This document shows positions 53,175 through 62,190 of a DNA stretch of 64,000 nucleotides, one piece after another. The notes below the pieces were generated by a model. The model saw only the letters and a list, made by a program, of their open reading frames with translations. It was not told where the DNA came from and searched no databases. The DNA comes from an uncultured Desulfosarcina sp. (lineage in GTDB: Bacteria > Desulfobacterota > Desulfobacteria > Desulfobacterales > Desulfosarcinaceae): positions 32,001-96,000 of the forward strand of contig CAXXWQ010000004.1 in the NCBI GenBank assembly GCA_963674945.2, in the 5' to 3' direction. Numbering within the stretch: position 1 is the first letter of the stretch; the number at the start of each line of letters is the position of its first letter. The position numbers and the translations under genes are program-made.

Positions 53175-53914
53175 ATCATTCCCCGCAGAGCCTGTTCATA
53201 CATGACGAATTGCGGTGTCGTCAGGTCGGCTCTTGTTCGCGGCCTCGGGATATCGATGGTCAGTGTGGCCATGATCCGGCCCGGCCGCCTGCTCATCACG
53301 ACGACGCGATCGGAAAGATAAATCGCTTCACCGATACTGTGGGTGACAAACAACACCGTACATTTCGTCTCTTGCCATATCCGCAACAGCTCTTGCTGAA
53401 GCAATTCCCGCGTCAGGGCGTCCAGCGCCCCGAAGGGTTCATCCATGAGCATCACTTTGGGCTCATTGGCCAGGGCCCTGGCAATGGCGACCCGCTGTTT
53501 CATCCCACCGCTGAGTTCATGGGGATAACGGTTTTCAAACTTGTTCAATCCTACCAGATCGATATATTTTGCGCTGATGTCGCGCCGTTTTGTTTTCGCG
53601 ACCCCGCGTACTTCCGGGCCGAACTCCACATTGCCTCTCACCGTTTTCCAGGGGAACAAAAGGTACTCCTGAAAAACGATGGCCCTTTTGGGGTCGGGAC
53701 CGTTGACTGAATGACCGTCAATCATGATCCTGCCCCTCGTCGCCTTCTCAAGCCCGGCCACTAGGAGCAAGAAGGTTGATTTGCCGCATCCGCTGGGACC
53801 CAGTATGGAGACAAACTCCTTTTCCCGGACCTGCAGGTTGAACTCATCGATGGCCACAACCTGCCTGTTTTTACAATCAGAGAAAACCTTGCATACGCCT
53901 TGGGCCCGGACCAT
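53144..53914 (-). CDS. ABC transporter ATPase (SsuB/TauB type)
   Basis: GPSGCGKST, VFQEYLLFPW, LSGGMKQR, MDEPFGALDALTR. Confidence 0.93.
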   Translation of the reverse strand: MVRAQGVCKVFSDCKNRQVVAIDEFNLQVREKEFVSILGPSGCGKSTFLLLVAGLEKATRGRIMIDGHSVNGPDPKRAIVFQEYLLFPWKTVRGNVEFGPEVRGVAKTKRRDISAKYIDLVGLNKFENRYPHELSGGMKQRVAIARALANEPKVMLMDEPFGALDALTRELLQQELLRIWQETKCTVLFVTHSIGEAIYLSDRVVVMSRRPGRIMATLTIDIPRPRTRADLTTPQFVMYEQALRGMIWEEIQDSQE

Positions 53915-55075
53915 TTACCTTGTCGATCCGGCCATGATCTGTTCAATAAATCCCTCGATGCGGACTCTGAGCTGCCCCACATCCGAATGGGAGTAATCCG
54001 TCACCACATGTAGGTAAGGAAGGCCATGTTTTTCTTTCACTACTTCTCCCACACGGTAGGACTCGATATTGAACGCATGGCAGGACTGCCAGGTCAGGTC
54101 GATGACACCCTGGATGTTGTATTCGGTGATCAGTCGGTCGATCTGTTCGAATCGCGTGTCGTTGGGTGTCATACAGGCGCAGGTTACCTTTAAATAGCGC
54201 CGCGCGATGCCTTCAATGGGATCATCACCCGGATCGATCCGATCATCCAGCCGCGTGACCCCACCGCACCCTTCCTGACACACCACTACGCCACCGCTCT
54301 CTTCCACCAGGCGCAGCACCTTGTCACACCCCAGCGAGTTTCCAAGGCCGGTCCATAAGATTCGCGGCCTGTTTTCGCTGCAGGCGAACTGCTTTTTACG
54401 GATCCTGTCTTGAAGCGTTTCCAGCATTGATTCCAATTTTCTAAGGTATTGTTTGCGGTCTACGGTGTACGACATGCCTGTGGAAAGGGCCACCAGATCC
54501 AGACCCATAATGGGCACTGGATTGGACTTCCTGCATTGATGGATCCGTTTCAATAATGCTCTCTCCACGTTTCCCTGTTCGATGGCATCCATCAATGCAT
54601 CGTCCGTAATCCGGGTATCCAATTGGTCTTCAAGAAAGGATTTGAGCTTTCTCACCTCATCGATCCAGTAAACCAGTGCCCCCGCATTTTCCGGCTTTTG
54701 CGGCAGATCCATCACATGCATGGGTTTTTCACGGCCCAACAGCTCGTACATTTTCTTGCGGCCGTCGCATGTGGTCTCGCCAACGAGACAATCAGCAAGA
54801 GGAAAAATCGGGCAGGTATTGTTGATGGCCCGTCCATAGGTGGCTTTCACCATGGGGCACTGGTCGACCGGAAGTACTCGTTCCGCCGCATCGATGGGTC
54901 CTGGTGTCGTTCCGCAAAGCCCGACGGTGATGGCCCCGGCGGCCCATGCCACCTCTCGCGGAAAATAGGAGCACAGGCAACCCACCACTTTTCTCCCCTC
55001 GTCTTTCGCCATCTCCAGGTCCAGTGCGAAGGAGGTTTTTACTTCATCGATTTTTTTGGTGTTTCTCAAATCCAC
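53915..55075 (-). CDS. Double-cubane [8Fe-9S] cluster protein (DCCP)-like reductase
   Basis: Cys pattern of DCCP: VGCLC, GLCG, CPMVKATYG, CP, GETTCDGRKKMYE, EGCGG, CACMTPN, CHAFNIES, TDYS..DVGQL. Confidence 0.82.
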   Translation of the reverse strand: MDLRNTKKIDEVKTSFALDLEMAKDEGRKVVGCLCSYFPREVAWAAGAITVGLCGTTPGPIDAAERVLPVDQCPMVKATYGRAINNTCPIFPLADCLVGETTCDGRKKMYELLGREKPMHVMDLPQKPENAGALVYWIDEVRKLKSFLEDQLDTRITDDALMDAIEQGNVERALLKRIHQCRKSNPVPIMGLDLVALSTGMSYTVDRKQYLRKLESMLETLQDRIRKKQFACSENRPRILWTGLGNSLGCDKVLRLVEESGGVVVCQEGCGGVTRLDDRIDPGDDPIEGIARRYLKVTCACMTPNDTRFEQIDRLITEYNIQGVIDLTWQSCHAFNIESYRVGEVVKEKHGLPYLHVVTDYSHSDVGQLRVRIEGFIEQIMAGSTR

Positions 55076-55094
55076 GACATCTATCCTCGAGCAC

Positions 55095-55898
55095 CTAACG
55101 GCATTTCAGATACACTTGCTCTTTTGCAAAGACCGCAGCCCCCAAGGCCCCGGTGATCTGCGCATCCGCGTTAATGGGGATGAATCCGAACCCAAAGTAT
55201 TTTTCCAGGGCCAAGCGCAAACCCTGGTTTTTGGCACCCCCCCCTACAAAAGCAACATTTCTAAATGGATTTAAACGTTTGGCCATATTTCCAACTCGCC
55301 GGGCAATACTTTGGTGTAAGCCGGCGGCAATATCGTTTTTCGTGTTGCCCGCGGCCAGCAGGGAAATCACTTCCGATTCCGCAAACACGATGCACGTGCT
55401 GTTGATTTGGCAAGGCGTACCGGTTTCCATGGACATATGGCTGAAATGATCCATTGGTACTTCCAGTGAACGCGCCATCATTTCCAGAAACCGTCCGGTT
55501 CCGGCTGCACATCGGTCATTCATGACAAAATCGGCGACACTTCCATCCTTGTTCAATGTGATGGCCTTAGCGTCCTGACCGCCGATGTCGATCAGTGCTT
55601 CCACATCGGGATTCAGATAATGCACCCCCTTGGCATGGCATGAAATCTCCGTAAGGGCTTTATCCGCAAAAGGAAGAGAAATCCTACCATAACCTGTTGC
55701 CACGATACGTTTCACATCCTTTTGTTTGCGATTGGCATGATCCAGCACCTTTTGGAAAACAGTTTCACCGGCCTTTTGCGGTTCTGCACCAGTTCGCAAG
55801 ATTTGTGCGGCGACAATTCCCGCATCGTCGATGACAACCGATTTTGCCGTCAAAGAGCCGACATCAACCCCGGCATACAGTCCATTTTCTACCGTCAT
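55095..55898 (-). CDS. ASKHA ATPase activator (DCCP reductase-like)
   Basis: GVDVGS, ATGYGR, DIGGQD, MNDRCAAGTGRF, STCIVFAESE; adjacent to the DCCP-like gene. Confidence 0.9.
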   Translation of the reverse strand: MTVENGLYAGVDVGSLTAKSVVIDDAGIVAAQILRTGAEPQKAGETVFQKVLDHANRKQKDVKRIVATGYGRISLPFADKALTEISCHAKGVHYLNPDVEALIDIGGQDAKAITLNKDGSVADFVMNDRCAAGTGRFLEMMARSLEVPMDHFSHMSMETGTPCQINSTCIVFAESEVISLLAAGNTKNDIAAGLHQSIARRVGNMAKRLNPFRNVAFVGGGAKNQGLRLALEKYFGFGFIPINADAQITGALGAAVFAKEQVYLKCR

Positions 55899-56347
55899 CG
55901 TTCACATTCCCAAAAAGACCTGATACTTGCCGGATGCTTCATTTTAGTAAAAACCGGCTCAAATGGTGAGAAAAGACGCACCGCACCATCCGTAAAACCT
56001 GATGAGCCAATGAGACGTTGGATCACCAAGTCGCCGAGGAAGAATGCTTGTGAAAGTTACTGGGATAGAAAGGTGAAATACCTAACAATCGGAGGTCCCG
56101 TCACAACAGCTATTCCAATGGCAACCACCCGGGCAGCCAGCACCGAGTCTCTCATGTAAATCCTGCATGACGGTAAAGTGCGAACATAAGTGATATTGAA
56201 TATCATATTTCCGTTAAAAAGTGGCTTCTCATAGTATAAAGGGCGAAAAAATACAATGAGATTTTACCTATACGTCCGACAACTGAGATTGAATATCCAA
56301 ATACCACTATGAGAACAAAAATCCTCAAGGAATTATGCAACAATTTT

Positions 56348-56367
56348 TATTATACAGTTGTATAATA
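56348..56367. promoter_or_regulatory. Palindromic candidate operator upstream of the large operon
   Basis: TATTATACA-GT-TGTATAATA, 9-bp perfect arms, in an AT-rich intergenic region. Confidence 0.35.
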
Positions 56368-56465
56368 CTATTTTTATTGATAAATTCTACCTATCAGCAA
56401 TACATGACAAACGATAAGATCATTCTGTTTTCACCATGTTGGCAGCGTTCTCACTTTCCCCCATA

Positions 56466-57494
56466 TCATTTACCTAGAGGGCAGACGGGAAAATTGCAGG
56501 TCGTACAGTTCAGGCACAATCCGCCGTGACCGAGCATCGCGATTTCCCTTCTTGTGATTTTTTCGCCGGCCAGTACACGGGGGAGAATCAAATCCAATAT
56601 GGTGCGCGCCGCATACATCCCGCATGCCGGTATTCCAAGGACCGGGATTTCATTCAGATAGGCCACCATAAACATGGCACCGGGCAGTACGGGAGAGCCA
56701 TAGACCATGTCTATGACCCCCGCCTTTTCAAGGGCATGGCGGCTTCGGTCATCCGGGTCGACGGACATGCCCCCCGTGCTGATGAGCAGGTTGATCCCTT
56801 TGCCCGCCAATTCTTTTGCGGCACCGGCAATCTTATCATCCTCGTCCGGAAGGAAAATCACATCCACGATCTCTCCATCCATTTCTGCGATCTTTTTCCG
56901 AACGATCGATTCAAATTTGTCCTTGATACGGCCATAATACACCTCGTTCCCGGTGATCATGACGCCGGCCTTGGCCTTTTTCATGGGAACGACGGAAAGT
57001 ACCCCCGATGTTGCGGTGTTGGCGGCGTTCACGGCACAAGAAACGATGTGTCGGGGCACCAGCAGCGGGATGGCCCGCGTTGCGGCAACCTGCTGGCCCT
57101 TTCGTACGATGGTGTTTGTGTGGCGGGTGGCGCACATCACCTCTCCGAACATGTTGAACCGGAAAAGGGCTTCTACATCCACTTTCAACAACCCGTCGCA
57201 GGTGGCATGCAAGCTGAGTTTCCCCTCCCGGGGGGCATCCTTCCAGCCGACGCCGCTGCCGCACAAGGCACTGGCGAGTTCAACGGCGGCTTCGTCCTCA
57301 TGCATTTCGTCGATTTCCGGCTTGATTATGTAAAGATGCTGTTTTCCCAGGCGGCGCAGATGATCCAAATCCTTGTCTTTCAGAATATATCCTTTTAGGA
57401 AGGCAGGGCCTTTGAACTCGCCGGGCCTGATCTCCGTTATGTCATGAGCCAGTGGATGACCGATAGCCTCTTCGATTTCAACGACTTGGATCAT
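56466..57494 (-). CDS. MoeA-like molybdopterin-binding protein
   Basis: LAHDITEI, TGNEVYYGRIKD, TGGMSVDPDD, YGSPVLPGAM, C-terminal GGLCLNC..C.FPVC. Confidence 0.85.
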   Translation of the reverse strand: MIQVVEIEEAIGHPLAHDITEIRPGEFKGPAFLKGYILKDKDLDHLRRLGKQHLYIIKPEIDEMHEDEAAVELASALCGSGVGWKDAPREGKLSLHATCDGLLKVDVEALFRFNMFGEVMCATRHTNTIVRKGQQVAATRAIPLLVPRHIVSCAVNAANTATSGVLSVVPMKKAKAGVMITGNEVYYGRIKDKFESIVRKKIAEMDGEIVDVIFLPDEDDKIAGAAKELAGKGINLLISTGGMSVDPDDRSRHALEKAGVIDMVYGSPVLPGAMFMVAYLNEIPVLGIPACGMYAARTILDLILPRVLAGEKITRREIAMLGHGGLCLNCTTCNFPVCPLGK

Positions 57495-57602
57495 GTTCTC
57501 TCTTCCTTACTCTCTAAATTTCAATGAGCGCTTTCTCAATCTGCAGCCGATGATACTCTCGATACTATCGGTGGATCCTTATTATGTGCTACTTGTTAAC
57601 GG

Positions 57603-58673
57603 CTATTCAGGAATTCCTATTTCCCTGTCATTCGCGTCATTCGTGGACCAAAGGAACCATCCTCCCTCGTAGTTTGCGGCAGGCCATCCCATCATGTACG
57701 CATAGAAGGTATACATGGCCGACCGCGCGCCGCCGCCGCAATAAAAATACATCTTCTTATCGGATGTAAACCCTTTCTGGGTCCAATTGTAATTTGCCTG
57801 ATCAAAGGAAATAAAGTATTGGTGATCCTGACTTGCAATATCAACCCAGTCTCCGATCCATCGTGCCGTGGGGATACGGCCATATTCTTCAAACCACCAA
57901 TAGTATGAATTCGATTCGCCGGTGAACTCTGTCCACTCACGGTCATCGACGATGACGGAATCAGGATCAATGCCATCGATGACATCCTGAACATCTTCGG
58001 TAGTGGCAATATACTCCGGGTGCCCGGAGGATTCGCCAAAACTATCCACGGGGGTCCATGAGGTTGGACCCGTCTCCACGGAGTATCCGGCTTCCGTCCA
58101 TGCTTGATAGCCCCCATTAAGGATACGGACATCGTTGACCCCTGCATAGAGTAACGCCCAGGCGATACGCCCTGCTGTCATCATGGAGATATCATCATTG
58201 GCGTATACGATTACCGTTTTATTCATGGTGATTCCCATGCTTGCAAAAAATGCCTGCAGGACGGGAAGATCCTTGACATAGGAGTGGCTCGGACTCTCAT
58301 ACCCCTCATATTCTGAAGTCGGACCGGTCTCTACCGAATAGGTATCCAGAAATATGGCACCGGGTACGTGCCCTTCTGTCGCAAAAGGAGTTCCGTCCCC
58401 CGTAGTGGAGATCTCATTTGTCTCCCATCGGGGCCACCAGGATGTAAATACAATTACGTATCCATTGCCGGGATAGGTTTCGGGATTGTTGCCGTCAATC
58501 AGATCTTTGACCCATTCGGCAGACACCAACGCCTCAGGATGTGGGGTGAGTGAACCGTCATCGTCATCCGTGATGGTATTACCAGTATTATTGGAGCTGT
58601 CGCTGCACCCGGTCAAAAGCAAGATACACAGTATCGAAAAAATGAAACAGGATTTTATAGTTCTTCCTAACAT
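57603..58673 (-). CDS. Lipoprotein tandem-domain sulfurtransferase (rhodanese)
   Basis: Lipobox LLTGC, GHVPGA, LNGG..AW, GRIPTA, catalytic YCGGGARS, YEGGW; GGAGG RBS. Confidence 0.9.
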   Translation of the reverse strand: MLGRTIKSCFIFSILCILLLTGCSDSSNNTGNTITDDDDGSLTPHPEALVSAEWVKDLIDGNNPETYPGNGYVIVFTSWWPRWETNEISTTGDGTPFATEGHVPGAIFLDTYSVETGPTSEYEGYESPSHSYVKDLPVLQAFFASMGITMNKTVIVYANDDISMMTAGRIAWALLYAGVNDVRILNGGYQAWTEAGYSVETGPTSWTPVDSFGESSGHPEYIATTEDVQDVIDGIDPDSVIVDDREWTEFTGESNSYYWWFEEYGRIPTARWIGDWVDIASQDHQYFISFDQANYNWTQKGFTSDKKMYFYCGGGARSAMYTFYAYMMGWPAANYEGGWFLWSTNDANDREIGIPE

Positions 58674-59043
58674 ATGTCTCCTCCGTTGATAATTTTTCTA
58701 CCGTTTGCAGTATCCATCCTCAGCCTCAGCCATTTACATGAAAGAAATGTCTATCCGTCATCAATTCTTTTCATGCGATATAACTTCTCGATACTGATAT
58801 TTTTTATCAATACCGTAGGTTGGCAATAAGTAGAACCGTTCGCAGGAGAAAGTCAAATTCATAATACCTATCTATCAATGCATTATTATTTAAAAAGAAA
58901 ATCAACATGTGGGGGTGGGAAAAAGGTATCGGTTTACCGAGGGAATACAACCGGGTGACATGGGTCTTCATACCAACGGACATGGCAATAAAGATCCAAT
59001 AGGAGAAACAGACAGCCTCTCTTCTCCGTCACTCCACTGGTTG

Positions 59044-60915
59044 TCATAAAATGCAGTCGTGAAACAGCTTATCCAAAGGCGTCGGGGTGATATGCTGTCC
59101 GATGACAATGATAAAATGTTCTTCTTCCCAATTTTCTCCCGCCGATTCGCTGAATTCGGAGATTTCGTAACGGCCGGACACATATTGGACCACCATGGGG
59201 GTGGCGTGGTCGGTGAAAGTGATGATACCTTTGATGCGAAAAATCGCAGGTGGCAGGCGTTCTTCAAGGGTTTGGATGAATCGGGAACGATTCAGCGGCC
59301 CGGTGAACACGATTTTGTGGCTCTGGATATTGTCGTGGGTGTGGTTGTGGTGGCCGTTTTGACCCCTTGGTATGATGTTCGGGGTATGTGGCGTATCCCT
59401 CGGATCGGGACTGTAGAGCAGGGACGGGTTGACCTCACCCCGGGTGGCGGCGATGATGGGGGCGCGCGGATTCCATTGGCGCAGGTGGGCCATGGCCGCT
59501 TCCTTTTGCCGGTCGGTCATGAGGTCCACCTTGTTGAGCATCAGGATATCGGCGGCTTTGATCTGGTCCACGGCAATGTGGGAGGCCTTGCAGGCATCCA
59601 GGTACATGGGACCGTCCACCATTGTGGTGACGGAATCCAGGCGCACAAGGTCGTCCAGGGTCTCCAGTTCTTCCACGAAATTCATGGGATTGGCCAAGCC
59701 GGTGGTCTCCAGGACCACGAAATCGGGCTGGAACCGGGTGCAAAGCTGGTGCAGTGCCGGTTTGAGGTGCCCGCTCAGGGTGCAGCAGACACACCCTTCA
59801 TCGATCTCGGTGACCACCAGGTTGTCGCTGCCCAGCAGTTTGCCGTCCAGGCCGGTCTGGCCGATCTCGTTCTGCACCACGGCAACGAAGCGGTCCCGCT
59901 GAATCTGATAGGCCACGAAGTTTTGCAGAAAAGAGGTTTTGCCCGAACCCAGAAAACCGGTAAGGACGATCATGGCGGGCCGGTCGTCGATGCCCAGCAA
60001 CTTCTTATCCAGACTCTTGAAATCGCCGATCTTGTGGGACTGCCACCACAGGGCCTTTTCCCATGTGTCGGGAATGGGCAGACCGGGCCGCCAACGGATG
60101 GCGTCCGCCTCGTTGACGCCGGCTGGCGAAGAAGTTGGATTCGGTATTTCACCGCCGAATACCAGGCGACAGAGATGTCGCTGCGTCTTCTCGTCCGGTT
60201 CTTGTAATTGTTTTCCATCGGACCAGTAGCGGGTGATATGACCCGGGCTTTGTCGGTGCGTAAAAGCGGACGGAGGCAGTTCGAGACTGAATCCCGCCGA
60301 AGCGCCGATCACTTCGTAAATGGCCCGGGCGATGGCAAAGGCCGGCAGGTGCTGATCCCATCCGCCGGGCGGCACAAGTGTGACCGGACCATCGGGGGTG
60401 TCCACCCGCACGCCGTCCGCTGCCCTGCTGGCCAGCCAGTTGTCGGCCAGCAGGGTAAGCGCAACGGTGCCATGGTCCAGATCGATGGTCAACTCCAGAT
60501 CCCCGATGTAAAAGAGCGAACACAGATCGGCGTGTCGGGAGAACTGCCGAAGGCACGAGAGATATTGATCCTGCTGGGTCCATGCCGCTGCCGGCAGTGA
60601 AAACTGTTCCACCGTCTCCTCGTCCGGCGAGGGAAAGTAGTTGAGTTGAAAGCGACCCGCAAGTTGTCGTCCCGACCGTCCGGCTCCCATCCAGACCCAG
60701 GCGAATACTCCTGGCCAGCCGGCGATCTTGACGGTCCATGCCTCGGTATCGGTGGCGCATTGGTTTACCCCCCGCCACCCCAGGTGATGACGCACCGCCG
60801 GTACGAAATTGGCGCGCACCACCATGGCGCGCAAAATGCCCGGCAGGGCCGTTTCCGGGGAAGCCTCGATGTCGCCGGGGTAGAGTTTGCGCAGCGATTG
60901 AAGACAAGATGCCAT
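59044..60915 (-). CDS. COG0523/CobW-family metallochaperone GTPase with long N-terminal extension
   Basis: LTGFLGSGKT, QNEIG, GCVCC, LETTGLANP, NKVD, His-rich linker, FRIKG CobW_C; start ATG 60915 behind AGGAG. Confidence 0.9.
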   Translation of the reverse strand: MASCLQSLRKLYPGDIEASPETALPGILRAMVVRANFVPAVRHHLGWRGVNQCATDTEAWTVKIAGWPGVFAWVWMGAGRSGRQLAGRFQLNYFPSPDEETVEQFSLPAAAWTQQDQYLSCLRQFSRHADLCSLFYIGDLELTIDLDHGTVALTLLADNWLASRAADGVRVDTPDGPVTLVPPGGWDQHLPAFAIARAIYEVIGASAGFSLELPPSAFTHRQSPGHITRYWSDGKQLQEPDEKTQRHLCRLVFGGEIPNPTSSPAGVNEADAIRWRPGLPIPDTWEKALWWQSHKIGDFKSLDKKLLGIDDRPAMIVLTGFLGSGKTSFLQNFVAYQIQRDRFVAVVQNEIGQTGLDGKLLGSDNLVVTEIDEGCVCCTLSGHLKPALHQLCTRFQPDFVVLETTGLANPMNFVEELETLDDLVRLDSVTTMVDGPMYLDACKASHIAVDQIKAADILMLNKVDLMTDRQKEAAMAHLRQWNPRAPIIAATRGEVNPSLLYSPDPRDTPHTPNIIPRGQNGHHNHTHDNIQSHKIVFTGPLNRSRFIQTLEERLPPAIFRIKGIITFTDHATPMVVQYVSGRYEISEFSESAGENWEEEHFIIVIGQHITPTPLDKLFHDCIL

Positions 60916-60993
60916 GCGTCGATGTTCTCTCCTTTTCATGGGGTGCGGCCGGGCCACAATTACGACCCGGCCGCTTGCTCGGGGTCCGGGGGG

Positions 60994-62160
60994 TCAGACG
61001 CCGAAGCTGATGGTATCGCCGTTGCCAAGATAGGCCGGATCCTTGGAGCGGTGGCGGGCCGTTCCCTTGATGACCGGATAGCCCGCGGCAATGAATTTCT
61101 TGGCGCACACAATGCCGGTGCAGTGGTTGCAGCCAATTTTCTCAAAGCCGTATTTTCCCAGGGAGATCACCAGGTCGTCATACTTGGGGTCCCAGTCGTC
61201 AAAGGGGGAGATGTGCAGCCCCCCGTAGATGCCGTGGAAGTTGTCGCCATCGTATTTGATCTCCCGGTAGGCGGTCTCGGCGAACTGGATGATGCTCTGG
61301 TGGCAGCATCCGGTCACGCTTACCAGTCCCTTGTCCTTGACGTTGAAGTAAAGGGATTGCTCGCCGTAGACACGGCAGATGATGGGAATGGCGAAAACGA
61401 ACCCGGCCATGCCCGGAACCACCTTGTTCAGGCCTGCTTTGACCACGTGCAACGGGCCCTTGTGGCCGGCGTCCTTGATGTACTGCAGTCCTTCCTCGTA
61501 AAACCCTTCGGGAATGTAGATGGGGATGGTCGGGTCGTACTTCAACGTAACCGGCAGTCCCCAGAAGTGATCGAAATGCTCGTGGGAGATAAACAGGGCC
61601 TTGATTTCCCGGTTTCGCAGCATCTGGTCGATGCCTTCGCGACGGAAGCACTCGTCCGTCCACTGGTAGGACCACCCGCTGTCCAGAAGGTATTTGGTTT
61701 TTTGGCCGTCCAGTGCCTCCACCTCCACTAATGCCGCATACCCGCCGGCATTTTCCGGATGCACCGAGAGCTTTTCCGTGATCGCCCACGCCTCGTCAAT
61801 GCGGTCGGGCAGCAGGTGCTTGATTTTGGCGATGCCATTGGCATAGGACCCTTTTCCCAAACCGGTACCATCGCCGAAGGGCGGCCAGTTATAGTCGTAC
61901 TGGTTTACCAGCAGGCCGCCGGCACCCTTGATGTCGCTCATCAGGTCGGCATTTTTGAACCAGCTGGTTTCGGTAATATTGGTAATTTTGACGCTCTTGC
62001 AGGCACCGATATCGGTCAGCTTGCGCTTTACTTCGGCAAATTGGCGTTTTCGCCAGGGCGAGTAGGAATAAATGCCCATGGATGCCAGCATTCCACCCAT
62101 GACGCCCACGGCCGCCCCCTTGAAAAAATCGCGCCGGCTGATATTTGATTTTTCCGACAT
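60994..62160 (-). CDS. Tat-exported metallo-beta-lactamase-fold protein (COG1237-like)
   Basis: SRRDFFK Tat motif, SHEHFDH (HxHxDH), TGCCH, GGLH, HCTG. Confidence 0.85.
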   Translation of the reverse strand: MSEKSNISRRDFFKGAAVGVMGGMLASMGIYSYSPWRKRQFAEVKRKLTDIGACKSVKITNITETSWFKNADLMSDIKGAGGLLVNQYDYNWPPFGDGTGLGKGSYANGIAKIKHLLPDRIDEAWAITEKLSVHPENAGGYAALVEVEALDGQKTKYLLDSGWSYQWTDECFRREGIDQMLRNREIKALFISHEHFDHFWGLPVTLKYDPTIPIYIPEGFYEEGLQYIKDAGHKGPLHVVKAGLNKVVPGMAGFVFAIPIICRVYGEQSLYFNVKDKGLVSVTGCCHQSIIQFAETAYREIKYDGDNFHGIYGGLHISPFDDWDPKYDDLVISLGKYGFEKIGCNHCTGIVCAKKFIAAGYPVIKGTARHRSKDPAYLGNGDTISFGV

Positions 62161-62190
62161 GATCGACTCCTTTTCTAAATGGCTTGTGCG

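Noticed and set aside
57545..58800. Shared TCTCGATACT word upstream of the MoeA-like and rhodanese genes as a ModE-type site
   Set aside because: Does not fit the ModE consensus; two short matches are not enough evidence
60915..60996. The MBL gene's TGA is in frame with the downstream COG0523 ORF (possible read-through fusion)
   Set aside because: The MBL domain appears complete, the GTPase has its own AGGAG RBS, the site is not Cys-like, and a Tat-exported fusion to a cytoplasmic GTPase is implausible; 1-in-3 coincidence
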